Assembly (NCBI GenBank): GCA_011109175.1
Contig: RDEW01000011.1
Span: 992,612-1,056,611 of the forward strand
DNA from: Dicyema japonicum
Lineage: Eukaryota; Animalia; Dicyemida
DNA: 64,000 bases
Direction of reading: 5' to 3'
Shown here: piece after piece, positions 11,398-24,225 of the stretch
How the letters are laid out: each line of letters starts with the position of its first letter
Position numbering within the stretch: position 1 is the stretch's first letter
Program-made: the position numbers and the translations under genes
Notes under the pieces: model-generated
What the model was told of the DNA's origin: nothing
The model's database searches: none
Seen by the model: the letters and a program-made list of their open reading frames with translations, nothing else

Positions 11398-11830
11398 ACA
11401 GTTGTTTTTGTTTAATGAATTTTTCATTTAATGAATATTTTACTTAATGAATCCAAATTTCAATTTTTAATGATTTTCCCCCTAAAATTGAAATTTAATG
11501 AATTTTTATTTAATGAATCTTAATTTGATTAAAAAATATAATTAAATATAGAATTTTTAAATGTACACGTGCCGTATAGTTATTAATGTTAAGAAAATAA
11601 GGAAAACATACTCTTTCAAACAGAAAAAGAAAGTTATCGAGTACAAAGAAAAATTTTCCGTCATCACTCAAGCTTCTCTAATCAGAAAATTTAAAATGCC
11701 TGTTGGAACGATAAATTTTATTTAAAAAAATAAAGAAAAATACAATAATTGCAGCAAAAAAATTGTAAAATGAAAAAAATATTACAACTAGCACTATAAA
11801 TGATATTATTTACACACCTTTATACGAGTG
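11398..11830 (+). mobile_element. pogo/Tigger 5' fragment
   Basis: Repeated ttaatgaat subterminal motifs, then RKTYSFKQKKKVIEYK...KFKMPVGTINFI...LYEWI (psq/CENP-B HTH). Confidence 0.65.
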
Positions 11831-12975
11831 GATACAAAATTATTTGTTCTAGTGGTGGTGTGTATGTCTGTTTTCACCAGTTTGCAAACAAATCCTGAGG
11901 GCCGTCTTACAGAGAATATTGAAGATAGAAACCAACTAGAAGTGTGTCTTCAGGACTACATGATGCCAATGGAACTAGCATACGATCTCCTGTGGGAAAT
12001 GTTCCTGCTCATCTACTGTCCCTCAAAGCATTAATCACTGAGATTCGATCAGGTGACAGGATCAAGTGGATCTCAATGGTTGTCAACTCTGCGAAAAGGA
12101 GATTCGGGAGAATCCCTCGGGGTGGATGGAGTCTCATCGTCCAGCAATTCAATGCTCGTTTCTCCACTCAAAAGTGTACTCGGCGTTAGAAAACTATTGA
12201 ATGTAAAGCCTAATAAAAAGACGCACGTGGACCTGAAAAGTCGAGATGCTTTAATCGGATCAGGAGGCTCAGAGAACAACTTACCAAAAACAGAAATTTC
12301 CATGTATGGAAGATGCAAAGAATTTTATGTTCAAATTGATAAAGTTAAATCAGTTCCCCGAGATGGAAGGAAACCCACACAGAAGATTCCATATAAGTTG
12401 CTTAAAAAGGATGTTCTTACTACATTAAATGCAGTGATATCAAATTATGTGTCATCATCTCCGCCAACGGACATGAATGAGATAACTGACATTGTTTATG
12501 CTGCACAATGCGCATATGAAAATTTGACAAAGAAGCAATCAGTAAAAAGCTGTTGGAAGGAAAACGTGGAGAAGAGAATTGCAAAATTCAAAGAAAATTG
12601 CGCCTTAGTCTATGGGTTTACTGGGAAGCAGTCAAGGGAAGAAAGGGAGAAAACGCTTGATGTTTTGTGCTCGTTTGGATACAAGAAATTAAAGAAGGGA
12701 GAACTGAAAAGGATCTCTACCCTAATTGAAGACAAAATCAAGATCATGGAGAAAAAAATCTCAATTCATGAATCAAGAAAATCCTTTAGACGAGATAATT
12801 TTTGTTTTGAGCTGAACAAGAGGAGGTTTTATCGGAGGCTCAACGATGATGTCAATAATAGTCAACGATGACGTCGTCAATGATTGTAAAGTTACAGAAG
12901 ATGAGTGCGTGTCATTTTGGAAAGATGTATGGGAAAACCATCAGAATTATTCTCACAGGAATATTGTTGGGAGGC
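11830..12975 (+). mobile_element. R4/Dong-type non-LTR element, 5' half (RT lost)
   Basis: GRIPRGGW, TQKIPY, VYAAQ, and DNFCFELNKRRFYRRL...FWKDVWE just before the RT would begin. Homologous to 31730-33040. Confidence 0.75.
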
Positions 12976-12984
12976 GAATAACAG

Positions 12985-14640
12985 GTGCTCCCCTGTTCCT
13001 AGCCAAGGCTCTCATGTTGTCCAGGTCGTCGGCATTTTTTAGATTTTTTTGATATTGACCAGGCCTTTTTGTAAGACTATTGGCAGTGTTGTTCTAGGTC
13101 TTCCACGATAGCGGCCTTCTTGACTAACATAGTATGTTTCCATAGATATGTTCGGTGGGGATGTTAATTCCATCCTCAGCACGTGTCCGAAGAGCTTACA
13201 TCGGGATTCCAGTACTTCTAAGCTGATAGGTCTAGTGTGCATCTCTTATATAAAGCATTCCTCGATATTCTCGTAGGCCAAGTAATTCCTGTTATTTTTC
13301 TCAGCTGACCTCTGTGGAACGAGTCTAGTTTTTCCATATCGGCTGATGAGGTCGTGCAAGTTCCAGTGTTATATAAAAGTACGGGTTTTATGAATGAGTC
13401 GTATAATAGGATTCTCATTTTCGTGTCGATGCTTTTTTGATTGAGCCATAGATTCTTCAGTTTATATAACGCAGCATTGGCTAGAGTTTTCCTACGTAAA
13501 ATATCTTCGCTGTCTTCCATAAGTGAACCGAGTTTTTTTGCTTGTCGCCACTTCTCTTCTAGGACGTTACTCATCCTTCTTATCTCTGTGAGTTCTGTTT
13601 TCTCTCTGTTCACAGTAAGAAACCATTTCCCTAGTACATCTGGTGTTTTTTCTAATAGGTTTTCCAGGACCTCTTTGTCTTCAGAAATTAGGTCTACATC
13701 GTCCGCGTAGATTACTTCTTCCGTCTTTCCTTGGTATAACGGTCTAAGTTCCCTCATAGCGACTTCCAAATAAATTGTGGATAGTAGAGGAGAAAGAGAG
13801 TCTCCTTGTGGAGTGCCCGTGTTTGTTTCAAATTTTCTTGAATAGGTCTTTCCGACACTCACAAGGAGCTCAGTGTTGGAAAGTAGAATTCGGGTCATCC
13901 TTAGATTCGACTCATCAAGAAATCCGCTCAGTACCCCCCCATTAATTTGTTCCTGTTAACTGTATCAAAAGCTTTTGATAGGTCAATTCCCAGAATATTG
14001 GTGGCGTTACGGTATCTTTGATATGTTGCACACCTCCATCTGTGACTCCAGACCGCATTAGCTGTGGATCTCCCTTCTCAAAAACAACTTTGACTATCTG
14101 GTAGGTATTTGTAAGCAGATCCTTTTATTCGTTCAAGCACAATGTTTGCCAAGACTTTACGCAATGAATATGATGGGTCGCAAATTTTCGAGCGGTCCTC
14201 TGTTTTTGTTGGTTTTTTGTATGGGGATTAGTAGTCTTTTACCCAGAAGTAGAGTTGAGTTGGTTGAAAACATTTCATTTAGTAGTGTAGCGATTTTTTC
14301 AAAAAGGAGGTCAGGGCCGTATTTCAGTAAATCTGGGTTTATCGCATATGGTCCGGGGCTGCTGTAATTCTTGAATTTTCGGCAGGCTGTTTTGATTTCC
14401 TCGACCGTGATTGGTATCTTCAGGGGTCTTGGCCTTCCATCAAATAGGTGGATTTCTATGGTTTTGATGTGGAAAAGCTTCTCAGAGTGTGCCCATATGG
14501 CTTCAGTTTGTTTATCGTTGTTCAGTATCAGCTTATCGTTTTCGTCTTTTATTGTTAGTCGACTTCGATTTGTTCGCCGCAGCAAACGGGCAGCGACGTA
14601 CACCTGTGCGTTGTCTTTCACTTTGTTTACTTCTAACATT
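12985..14640 (-). mobile_element. RTE non-LTR element, 5'-truncated and degenerate
   Basis: SPGPYAI, NLRPI, GTPQGDSLSP, YADD, GRPRTTLP. Confidence 0.88.
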
Positions 14641-14755
14641 TTGTGTATGCTTTTTTAACCTTAAAAACATTGTGGGTTAATAATAATATTGACTCTATTT
14701 ACTAAATAAAATATTAAAATTATTATTAAATTTATTTAAATTAATAACGTGCCAA

Positions 14756-17590
14756 ATGAGTCGTATGTACGATTATCGAAATATAACTGACGATCCTGTC
14801 AGTTGTCTCAATCAGGCCAAAGATTTGTATGAGCTTGGTTGTACTGAACAGTCTCTGTCTACTCTGGTTGATTTTGTTCAACAGAGGAGATACAGAGGGT
14901 GGTCTGAAGATATTGACAATCTAATTTCCTTCCATTTGATACTTTCCTTCAAAATGAAGGATGTACACTCTCTCAGGAATGCTGTCCTTCATTTTAAGAA
15001 CATATGCCAACAGGTTTGTGCACTTTTAAATATACAGGCCCACGTGGAGTCTTTGATGAATGTTATTGCGATATTCCTTGATTTTGCTGAACAGGAAATT
15101 GCACAGACGGATCAGTCACGCTCGCATAATCAAGCATTGGCAGTGAAGAGCATGTATTTTTTATTATTCACTCAAAGAGGGCATTTGAGATTGATTAGTC
15201 TGGACTGGGCTGACCTATCGAGTACATGTCGAGTTATTATCGCCAACGTTAGATTCATATACCTTGCTTACTTCAGTATCCTGGAAATATTCTCAAATGA
15301 TCTTCGAATGCTCAATATCTACCATACATTGGCTCATCGGGGTACCATGTGTCCTTTATTCTTAGCATTGTGGTTTTGTTTGAAATATGATCGGAGGAGA
15401 GAGTTCAGGAGGATCTGTTCGTCAATTCATACCCACATAAAACGACGGAAGACACAAGGTGGACAGTCTGAGACCAAGGAGATGCTACAGGATACTTATA
15501 TAGAGATTCTTAATTGCGCTGAAAAGTTGGGGATATCTCAGGTGGAATGTATGTTGACTTGTAGGAGGCATTAAAGTCAGCAGAGGAGATAAACAAACTC
15601 AATCCTACAGGTCGACTCAGAGTCATCTACTACAGAGCACTAACAAAGATTTTCCAGTGGGGAGCTCACAACTTCAACGCATATGTTCATGTGGAGATGT
15701 TCAGAATACAAAAGATGACACTCAGTCAGACCCAGTTGACAGAGTATTACATGATGTCACATATAGATTGGCTTCACAAGTTATGTGTGCAATAATGAGT
15801 GTCCCCCCATGGTCATGTGAGTGGGACCTCGTTAATTTGGACTCCTCGGTGAGGGAAAAACAAAAAATACTGTATTCACTTCTCCCAGACTCCAAATTTA
15901 ACTCTAAATCAGATGAAATTGACAAAACGCTACCAATAGAATCGGGAGGCTCTACTTCTCTATTCCTTGACGTCATCCAGCTACCGCAAAAGTTCACTCA
16001 GCACGTGGACTTTTCCCCCACTAGAGAGGATATTGTTAAACTTGCCGTGAGTGGGTGTCTTTTACTTTAGACTATCGAACATATCGACAACGTTGTTTTC
16101 CCGGAATTACGTGGGATGTATACTGATATGGAAGAATGTGTGTGTCCACGTGAGTATTTGAAAAGACTGACCCCTCGACTAGATTTTATAAAGGGGACTT
16201 GTGTGTTGTCATCATTTCACGATCATATCTTGGAAGCTTCGATAGCCCACTATATTGTGAAGGTTAGTTTTTTGTTTATATAATAGATATCACGGATGTA
16301 CGATAATGTTAAATTTGATTATTTGTCTCCGTTTGTGGAATACATGCATGTGGGGACATTTCAGAGATTACTGGCTAAGATATCCACAAGAATGAACAAT
16401 ATTGTTATTTTGAGGTTTTTATAGTAGATTTCTGTTGATTTGGCCAGTAGTTCCGTGAGGTTTGGTGATCCTAAACAAATTTTTGGGTCAGAGAAGGGGC
16501 AGTATTTGTCATATATGGCTGTGGTGCTCAACAAGGTGTCCTCCAACGTATGTGAGAGTGCATATGAGTCGAGAGAGTCGGCATATGATAGATTTATAAA
16601 TGAGGAGGAATCTGAAAGGATTGCAATGGAGAACCGAATGAGACTTTTAAGGGAGATGGCCGACTCTAAGAACAAGGAATTGGAGGTTTGTTGGTTAAAT
16701 CAGTCGTAGAAAACTCCAAAGATTGAGAAAATCCAGCCGAAGAAGGTGAAGTTCGAAATGCCCAAGAAGATTTTACGAGAAACCAACCTTATAGTGGACG
16801 AAACACAAACAATTGATGATTCTATCAAAAAGAAGATCAAATTGGCCAACGTCAAAGAAAAAATAAACAACCTTAAAGCATCCAAATTGGCTCCTAAATT
16901 AGTTCAGCTGTTGAATTCTGGCAAAGTCAATTTGGATACGATTGAATTATCCTGGATAAGTGCACAGGTTGCTGAGGAAGTGAGGGAAGAGAGTCAATCG
17001 ATCTGCAAGAGACAGGCTGAACTTGATTTGGGAATCAGATATTATGCTTATATTGTGAGGACGGAGGAAAATATCCACAGACAGATACTTCACAGTTTTT
17101 ATGATGAAAGTTTGGCAAGTTCTGTGAGTTCATTGGTTGGATATGCGTTTAATTTGTGTAGATGGAAGCTAAGAACAACTCTGTGAGGGAGCATAAGGAT
17201 AGATTGTCTCAGATTGAGGGTTACTGTCCTCAGTTTGTTGAATATGTGACGGAGATGAGAAATGGGAGATTGAAGGCTGAATTACTTGTGTTCGAAGAAG
17301 CTCGTGCATTGGCAAGAAAGAATGCCTTGGAGGTAAGAAAATCTGCTAGGAAGAATGAAAGGAAACGGATTTTGCTCGCTGAGAAGGCATGGCAGGAAAA
17401 ACTAAGTAAGGCTGCTGGCGAGGCAACCAAGTCATGGATGGACGTTCACTTCAAACGTGATGGAGATAACAAAAGGAGAGGTAGTGATTACAACAGAATT
17501 GATAAGAGTGGACTTGAATTAACTAGGTTGTTTATTTATTGTATTTTTAGTTCTTCTGGAGCTTTTAGAAGAGGAAGTAGCAACATCTAA
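14756..17590 (+). CDS. EIF3A: Translation initiation factor 3 subunit A
   Basis: RRYRGWS, HFKNICQQ, FCLKYDRRREFRRIC and EHKDRLS motifs. Eleven GT-AG introns of 23-26 nt join the ORF pieces. The C-terminus is much shorter than in vertebrates. Confidence 0.93.
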
Positions 17591-17619
17591 TTGTGATTCT
17601 TGTTTTAGTAAATTTTGTT

Positions 17620-18185
17620 TATCTTAAAAATTTTATTGATTAAAAATAAACAATCAATAACTAAGAGTACTATTTGCTCGTTGATGATTCTCATAATAAT
17701 AGGTGCTTCATTCTTTAGACTCAATGTATGCTGTGAAAATCCTGTAATATCAAAAAATTCAGTTGTTTACATGAATGCCAATCTATTCATTTCTTTATAA
17801 TTTTCCTATTTCCAATATCTACAAGCATATAATAAAAATACCTGTTTTGATTTATAGACTCATATTTATATTCAAATAAAGTTTGTTTGGCCATCCTCTT
17901 CTAATAAGTCCAATTGAATGATAGGTCCTTTGATATGATGGAGCAGTAATCTGACACAATAGCATTCATAATTGTTACGGTGTATAACACATACTTTTCC
18001 TAGTGCTTCTCCTTGTTTAAATCTTTTAAACTTCAATTGGACATCCTCGTACTTTCCTTTAAAATTTTCACTTTTAGTTTCTCAACTATAAAACTTTGTT
18101 ACTTCTGCGTACACGTGTTCTTGCAAAATCATCCTCTTAACATAATTAAAAAAAACCTGTTAGTGTTGTATCTTTTTTACGAATG
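17620..18185 (-). mobile_element. Helitron RepHel remnant, internally deleted
   Basis: DDFART..YAEVTKFY and ALGKVCVIHRNNYECYCVRLLLHHIKGP (Rep region), joined to TEFFDITGFSQHTLSLKNEAPIIMR (PIF1 helicase). Confidence 0.75.
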
Positions 18186-18194
18186 CTTTTTTTC

Positions 18195-18250
18195 GACCTG
18201 GACACACTAAGGGATCTGCCTAAGAACAGAAAAACCTGGAGCAAGCTAAC
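18195..18250 (+). mobile_element. Tiny RTE 3' stub
   Basis: DLDTLRDLPKNRKTWSKL resembles the end of the RTE at 12985. Confidence 0.4.
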
Positions 18251-18439
18251 TCTTTCTCTTATATATTTGCTGCACATGCGGGGCTATAAATATTATGGCT
18301 CTCGTGAAAGTGCTAATAATAATAGAAACCAGTAAACCACCTGAATGTGGAGATCTCCTAAGAGTGAATGTCCATTTTCACCTGTCTGTATGTTATCTAT
18401 TAATTGTCTAGGATATTCATTCGTACACTTACCATCTTT

Positions 18440-18925
18440 CATGAAAGTGATATTTCAACAGATCCACAACGGCATGGATGAGACTGGCACATGTCGATCT
18501 TGAGACGGGTAGATATCCCCATTACGGAGGGCGTCTTGTTCCAAAAGGGAACCAGTTGACGATGAGGGGAACGCGTTCAGCCAAGCATTGAGACTACCTT
18601 ACGGTGCAAATCTTCTGTTTCCATAAGGGTCTAATGTGTATTTTTGTACAGAATGTTGGTCCAGTTCTTCAGTAAATGTGTATCATGAGGGGTTTTTTGA
18701 AAGCCACCGACCATTTCTTTAACCCATCAACAATTATGTTGTCCAGAGCAGTCTTGCAGAAATTTGAAAGAATAATCCGGATGAGAAACGCGTTGTACGA
18801 TAAAGAAGGCATGAAAGATGGTAAGGAAACGTCTACAACAGATGTGAGGCTGATGCCCCAAATCTGACGATAAAAAGCCTTGCTTTAATTTAATATTATC
18901 GAAATTTATATTCACAATCTCTTCA
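18440..18925 (-). mobile_element. Old CRE fragment, 3' piece (split by the 18926 insertion)
   Basis: AWLNAFPHRQL...SPCRCG. The frame continues from 21944-22110 once the insert is removed. Confidence 0.7.
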
Positions 18926-21900
18926 TAAACTTCACGTGTAGTATTGTCGTGTTGTGTTGATTTTCGCCTATTAAGTATTTTTGCCTATTGAGATTTTCTT
19001 TTTATTCTTGACTTTCACCTATTGTTGATTCAGTGGAATGTTACTCGAAAAGTCATCGTCCAGTTGCTCTGCCTGTAACATGAGCAATTTTAGAAAGTTC
19101 GGAATTTCTTGTTCGGCCTGTAAAGGCTTCTTTCACCTCGGGTGTTTGAAGCTCCATCCGTGCCCATGGGATATGGCATTGCCGCTGGTGCCTTGGAATT
19201 GGCTGGGGCTTTCTTATGGTCACGCGAGTGCATACATCTCCGGATAAGACCTTTCCCATTTGGATCCAGATTCGCTACTCAAACTTATCAATGAACGCCG
19301 TTCATCGAGGAGTATCCCTGTGAAGATCCCAAAAGCAGCACGCCCCTTAGCTGCCGAAGCCTTAACCAAAGCAATCGACGATGCTCTTCACTCCGACTCT
19401 ATAAACGACTTGGTACGTTTGTTTAATTTTGCTCCTTTCGCATTTCGCTGCTCCCCCCCCCCGAGATCGCAATGGGAAAAAATCTCTCTCGATTGAAATG
19501 AAGAACAACATCCGCGCATTAATGGATGGAATTCATTTTACGGACCTCCCGTCCTTTTGCATCCATTCAACTGAGACTCGAAGTTCAACTCGGGAAACGG
19601 AGATTTTTTTTGCCTAAGAAGGACCGCATGATCGAAGTTGCTTGAAGGAGGAACCCGATCTGCATTGAAGGCCATCTCACTCTCAGGCGGACCACGCAAT
19701 CCAACCGCTGATACTTACAAGATTTTTTGGAAAAACATCCACCCTCTCCGAATGACCTACACCACTGTTCACCCCTATCAAAAGTGACCCCTTTGACCAC
19801 GTCGCCTGAGGATGTCATCACAGCGTTATGGAACTTTGCACCAAGCAGCAATGGAGGTCTTGATTGCTTAAGACCCGGCCATCTAAAGACCTTAATTCAC
19901 CGACTATTGGAGGCCAAGCATGTCATCTTTCCTTTTCACTCACTTTTCTTATGAACTGGATATTATCTGGATATTTGCCTGATTTGATACTACATATCTT
20001 GTTTTCGGCTAGTCTGATTGCAGTCGACAAGAAGGGAGGTGGTATCCGCCCGATCGCGGTCGGATTCACCTTCAGGAGACTAGCAGCCAAGATTGCTTCC
20101 AGATTTTCTACGTCAATCTTGTCAAAATTCTTACTTCCCAGTCAAGTTGGAGTCGGAGTTCGTCTTGGATGTGAGGCAGCCGTTCACTCCGTCAGGACAT
20201 TCAGGAACCGCAGCATTCAAGACTTTAAAAGACACATTATGGTAAAGCTGGACATCAAGAACGCTTTTAACAGTATAAGAAGGGACTGCATTCTGGAGTC
20301 CTGCCAAGAAAGATGTCCATATATATATTTTTGAACTGGGAAAGCCCACGTCACTATTGCATGGAGATTTCATGGTTCCATCGTCCTCAGGTGTTCAACA
20401 GGGCGACCCCTCGGACCACTGCTGTTCTCCCTCGGAATTGAGAGGATTACGAAGCTCTCTCGATTCCCACTCAACATCTGGTACCTCGATGACGCTGTCT
20501 TAGGAGGTCCCCCGGAAACGGTCTTCCAGGAGTTAGAAGTACTCATCCCCGCGTTGTCCGAGGTGAGTCTTAGTTGAATACAACGAACTGTGAAATAACA
20601 AACTGTGGTTTTGCGGACAATGACTTTTTTTCAATTGTTCCAAAATTTTACTCTGTTTCCTGGTAGGATTTCGACCCCTGAAAACGAATTGATTTTTCTT
20701 GGATCCCAGATCACTAGGAATGCAATGAAGCATGTCCTCCTTGACAAAAAACAACTCCTATGCGAATCGCTGGATAGATTACAGCTACTTAACTCACACT
20801 CAGCACTATTCCTCATAAAAAGAAGTCTTAACATTCAGAAAATCCCCTGTTTATTCAGGACAACCCCGTACTATTCTTAATTGAAGCAGCTTGAGCACTT
20901 TTATTTGTATTTCCTCAGCTCGACGGAGCAAATATTTAATGTCAAATTCAACGATGCTACATGGAAGCAAGCTACACTCCCAGTTAAATTTTGGGGGTCT
21001 TGGAATCCGTCACTTCCTGCACATCTGTCTTCACTCACGTCCTGCGAACCTTTGGTCAGGAGGATTCTACACTCCCTACCCGAATTCTCAATTGACCAAG
21101 ACATAATCCACGCACGAGAAGCCTGGAATGCCACCAACCTCACCCTGCCTCCTTCACCTGACTACCAGCGAAACCTGGACAATTTATTATGTTGGAAATC
21201 TGGACCCTACTGGAATCAGCCAATCAACACCGACGCGCTTGTTTGCTTACGGGGGCTTCTCCAGAGAGCGGTGCCTGGCTCAACGTCATTCCCAATAGAG
21301 TTCTGGGCACCTTCCTGGATGACGAATGCGTCCGTATTGGGATCTCATTGAGACTGGGATTAATCCGTCCCGATGCGGAGACATGATCGACTGTTTTGGC
21401 CTACACCCTCTTTCCTGCAGGAAGAGTGCAGGCAGATTTCCCAGACACATGGCCTTGAACGAAGTCGTTAGGCGAGCTTTGGACACCGCCGGACACCCCT
21501 CCATGCTCGAACCTGTCGGCCTTTGCAGGCGGGACGGGAAACGACCAGATGAGATGACAATCTTCTTTTTGAAGCCGGGAAACCTCTTGTCTTGTACGTT
21601 ACCTGCACCGACACATTTGCCTCTTGCAACCTACTCCAGAGTACCTCTTGAGAAGGCCGAGAAAATAAAACGGAAAAAGTACGCGGTCCTAGCCAAGGAT
21701 TTTTTGTTTGTTCCACTCGCCGTTGAGACGTCTGGTTCCCTTGCGCCTGCGACGCTAGAATTCTTGAGTCGTCTAGGGAATTGGATCGCTACACGAAAAG
21801 GAGACCCTCGTGAGCGCTGCTGGTTATTTGAGCGAATCTCGCTCGCTATCCTGAGAGGGAATAGCCACGCAGTCAGGGCAGCCTCTATATAACCGTTTGC

Positions 21901-21933
21901 TTATTTTCTTCAATAAATTTTTGTTTCCAAAAA
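18926..21933 (+). mobile_element. Full-length degenerate CRE retrotransposon (PHD-RT-zinc knuckle-RLE), 3.0 kb
   Basis: 10-bp TSD aatctcttca at 18916-18925 and 21934-21943. PHD at 19065-19191. RT motifs GIRPIAVG, KLDIKNAFNS, GVQQGDP and WYLDD. RLE motifs RH, KRPD and KKY. Confidence 0.92.
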
Positions 21934-21943
21934 AATCTCTTCA

Positions 21944-22110
21944 ATAGTCTTGGATATAAGAATGTTGAAATTATCCAGGCTTTCTGGAAAGAGGTAGCAA
22001 GGAGAGGAACGTGCCAAAACATTAACCTTAGGAGGTTAAATTCTTCAAGAGAAAGTAAATGGATCAAGTTCATGCAGATTAACTGCGGCTTCACTTATAT
22101 CTGAAAGTTT
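21944..22110 (-). mobile_element. Old CRE fragment, 5' piece
   Basis: PKVNVLARSSPCY...SKTIEE continues in frame as IVNINFDNIKLKQ at 18915. Confidence 0.7.
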
Positions 22111-22379
22111 TTTATTAAGAATATGAGGGATAATCCTTGTGGAAATAAGAGATAATAAGCATGATTAAGCATAAAATACAAAAACAACAACTAGCCGCCC
22201 GGAATGGTCCGGGTAAACAGAAATTCCATCTTATCAGCTCGATTATTTCGATTGTCTTGTTACGTAAATAAAATTTTCGATGTGATTCACCTTCAGTGGA
22301 GAAAATTGGATACCAGTATCAATCTGGCAACTATAAGAACCACAATTATTTCCCTGTCAACCTTTTTAACGACCTCTGG

Positions 22380-24225
22380 GAAGTCGGAATGGATAATGGT
22401 GGCTATTGAGCGGGCGCATAGCTTTCGCACCCATAGATCAGATTGACTACTCCTATCCTTGCTGGGGACATCGAACAGAACCCCTGGCCCCACAAGAACG
22501 GGAAATTCTTCAATATCATGTAATTCAACATAAACGGCCCCACACACAAATCAACTGAACTTTTTGGATTTCTAACTTTCCACAAAATTGATATTGCCGT
22601 GCTACAAAAAACGAAACTATCCAGAAAGTCAACGCTTCTACACTACAAAGACTACTCAATTGTCCGCCGTAATCAACCAAATTCAAACAGGGGAGGCGGT
22701 GTTCTCATACTCATACATAAATCTATTCCATTCTCCGATACTTCCTCTCAGACACAAGCTCTGTTTGAAGATGACGATCACATTGAACTTACTTCTGTCT
22801 TGGTGAAAATATTGACACAAGTTACACATTTGTAAATATTTACATCCCACCACCAAGTCTCACTATGAAACAATACTCCCCAAAACTAACCGAATTGCAA
22901 AAGATTGAAAATGTAATAATCTGCGGAGACTTAAATGCAAAAGATTCGCTCTGGATAATCGGCCAAAAGAGTAATGAGAGTGGGTTTCAGGTCATCTCTT
23001 AACTATAACAATTAGTTATCCTCAATGACAGAAAATCACACACTCTGACAGCTTCCAGACCCGGACAATCCAATACATTTCCTGACCTCACATTATGTTC
23101 TCCATCACTATCTTCGGCGATATCTAGGAGAATTGTATATGACCTACACTCAGACATGGAATTCAGTCGAAAAAAAGAGAATGGAGACAACCCACGCCAC
23201 CAGTATTGACAAGAATCAAACACCACGTGATTTCATTCATGGCCATTCATGGCAGATATCATAATGGACCACTACGCAAAAGTGAGTCACATCGATATGA
23301 ACAATTCCATGCAAATTAAAAAAAGTTCAAACTCCTCAAGGAAAACCGATTGAAATAAGTACGTCTGATGTCGAAAAACTCATTAAAAACGCCCAAAACT
23401 CTCCTGCCAAAGGGCTTGATGGAATCTGCATTTTGCAATTAAAGCACCTAAGAATGCAAATACTCAAAGCAATAATAAACATAATCTCTGTGTCCATAAA
23501 CAACTGCCGAATTCTTGCACTATGGAAAAAATCGAAAATAATCCCAATCCTGAAGCCCAAGAAAGATCCTTCGGATCCGGGATCTTTCAGACCAATTTCA
23601 CTACTATCTGTAGTATCGAAAATTATTGAACGTGTTGTATTGAAACTAATATCGGAGTATCTTCCCTTCCCAGATTTTCAACATGGCTTTCGTCCACAAT
23701 ATTCAACATCAACACATCTCTCTAGCCTAACTCAATATATCGCTGATGGTTTCAACAATTATAATCCTCCCAAACGGACTATCCTTACATCGATTGACCT
23801 AACCAAGGCGTTTGATCGAACATCAAGGCCTGCAGTTTCTCTCCCAAGCCTAAAGCCTAGATCATTCCTGCCACTCTATGCAAACCGCAAAGCAAAAGAA
23901 AAATTATTATGACTCGGAGACAATAAAATACTATACCGGCCCCCTCCTCCAACCAATCAGAATCCTCTCATCCACGAGTAAACCTGGCTCGTCTACAATG
24001 TGGGCACCACCCATATTTACCAACATACGATATCCTCTCTCCCTTTTGCAACCTCCACGTGTTGACAACAAATCATCAATTTGAATGTCATGAATTAGCA
24101 CAACGTTCGACTACTATGCCGAGACTGACCGATCTATGGGGGCGACCAACATATGCTGCGTCCTATTTAATAGCTGCTGGCCTCCTACAAGTTAGTTAGG
24201 CTGGAGTTACTTAACTAACTAATAA
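22380..24225 (+). mobile_element. APE-RT element with a 2A-like leader, internally deleted
   Basis: LAGDIEQNPWP, APE (GGGVL, CGDLNA), FRPISLL, and KAFDR joined directly to the C-terminal LQFLSQA. (TAAC)n tail. Confidence 0.85.
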
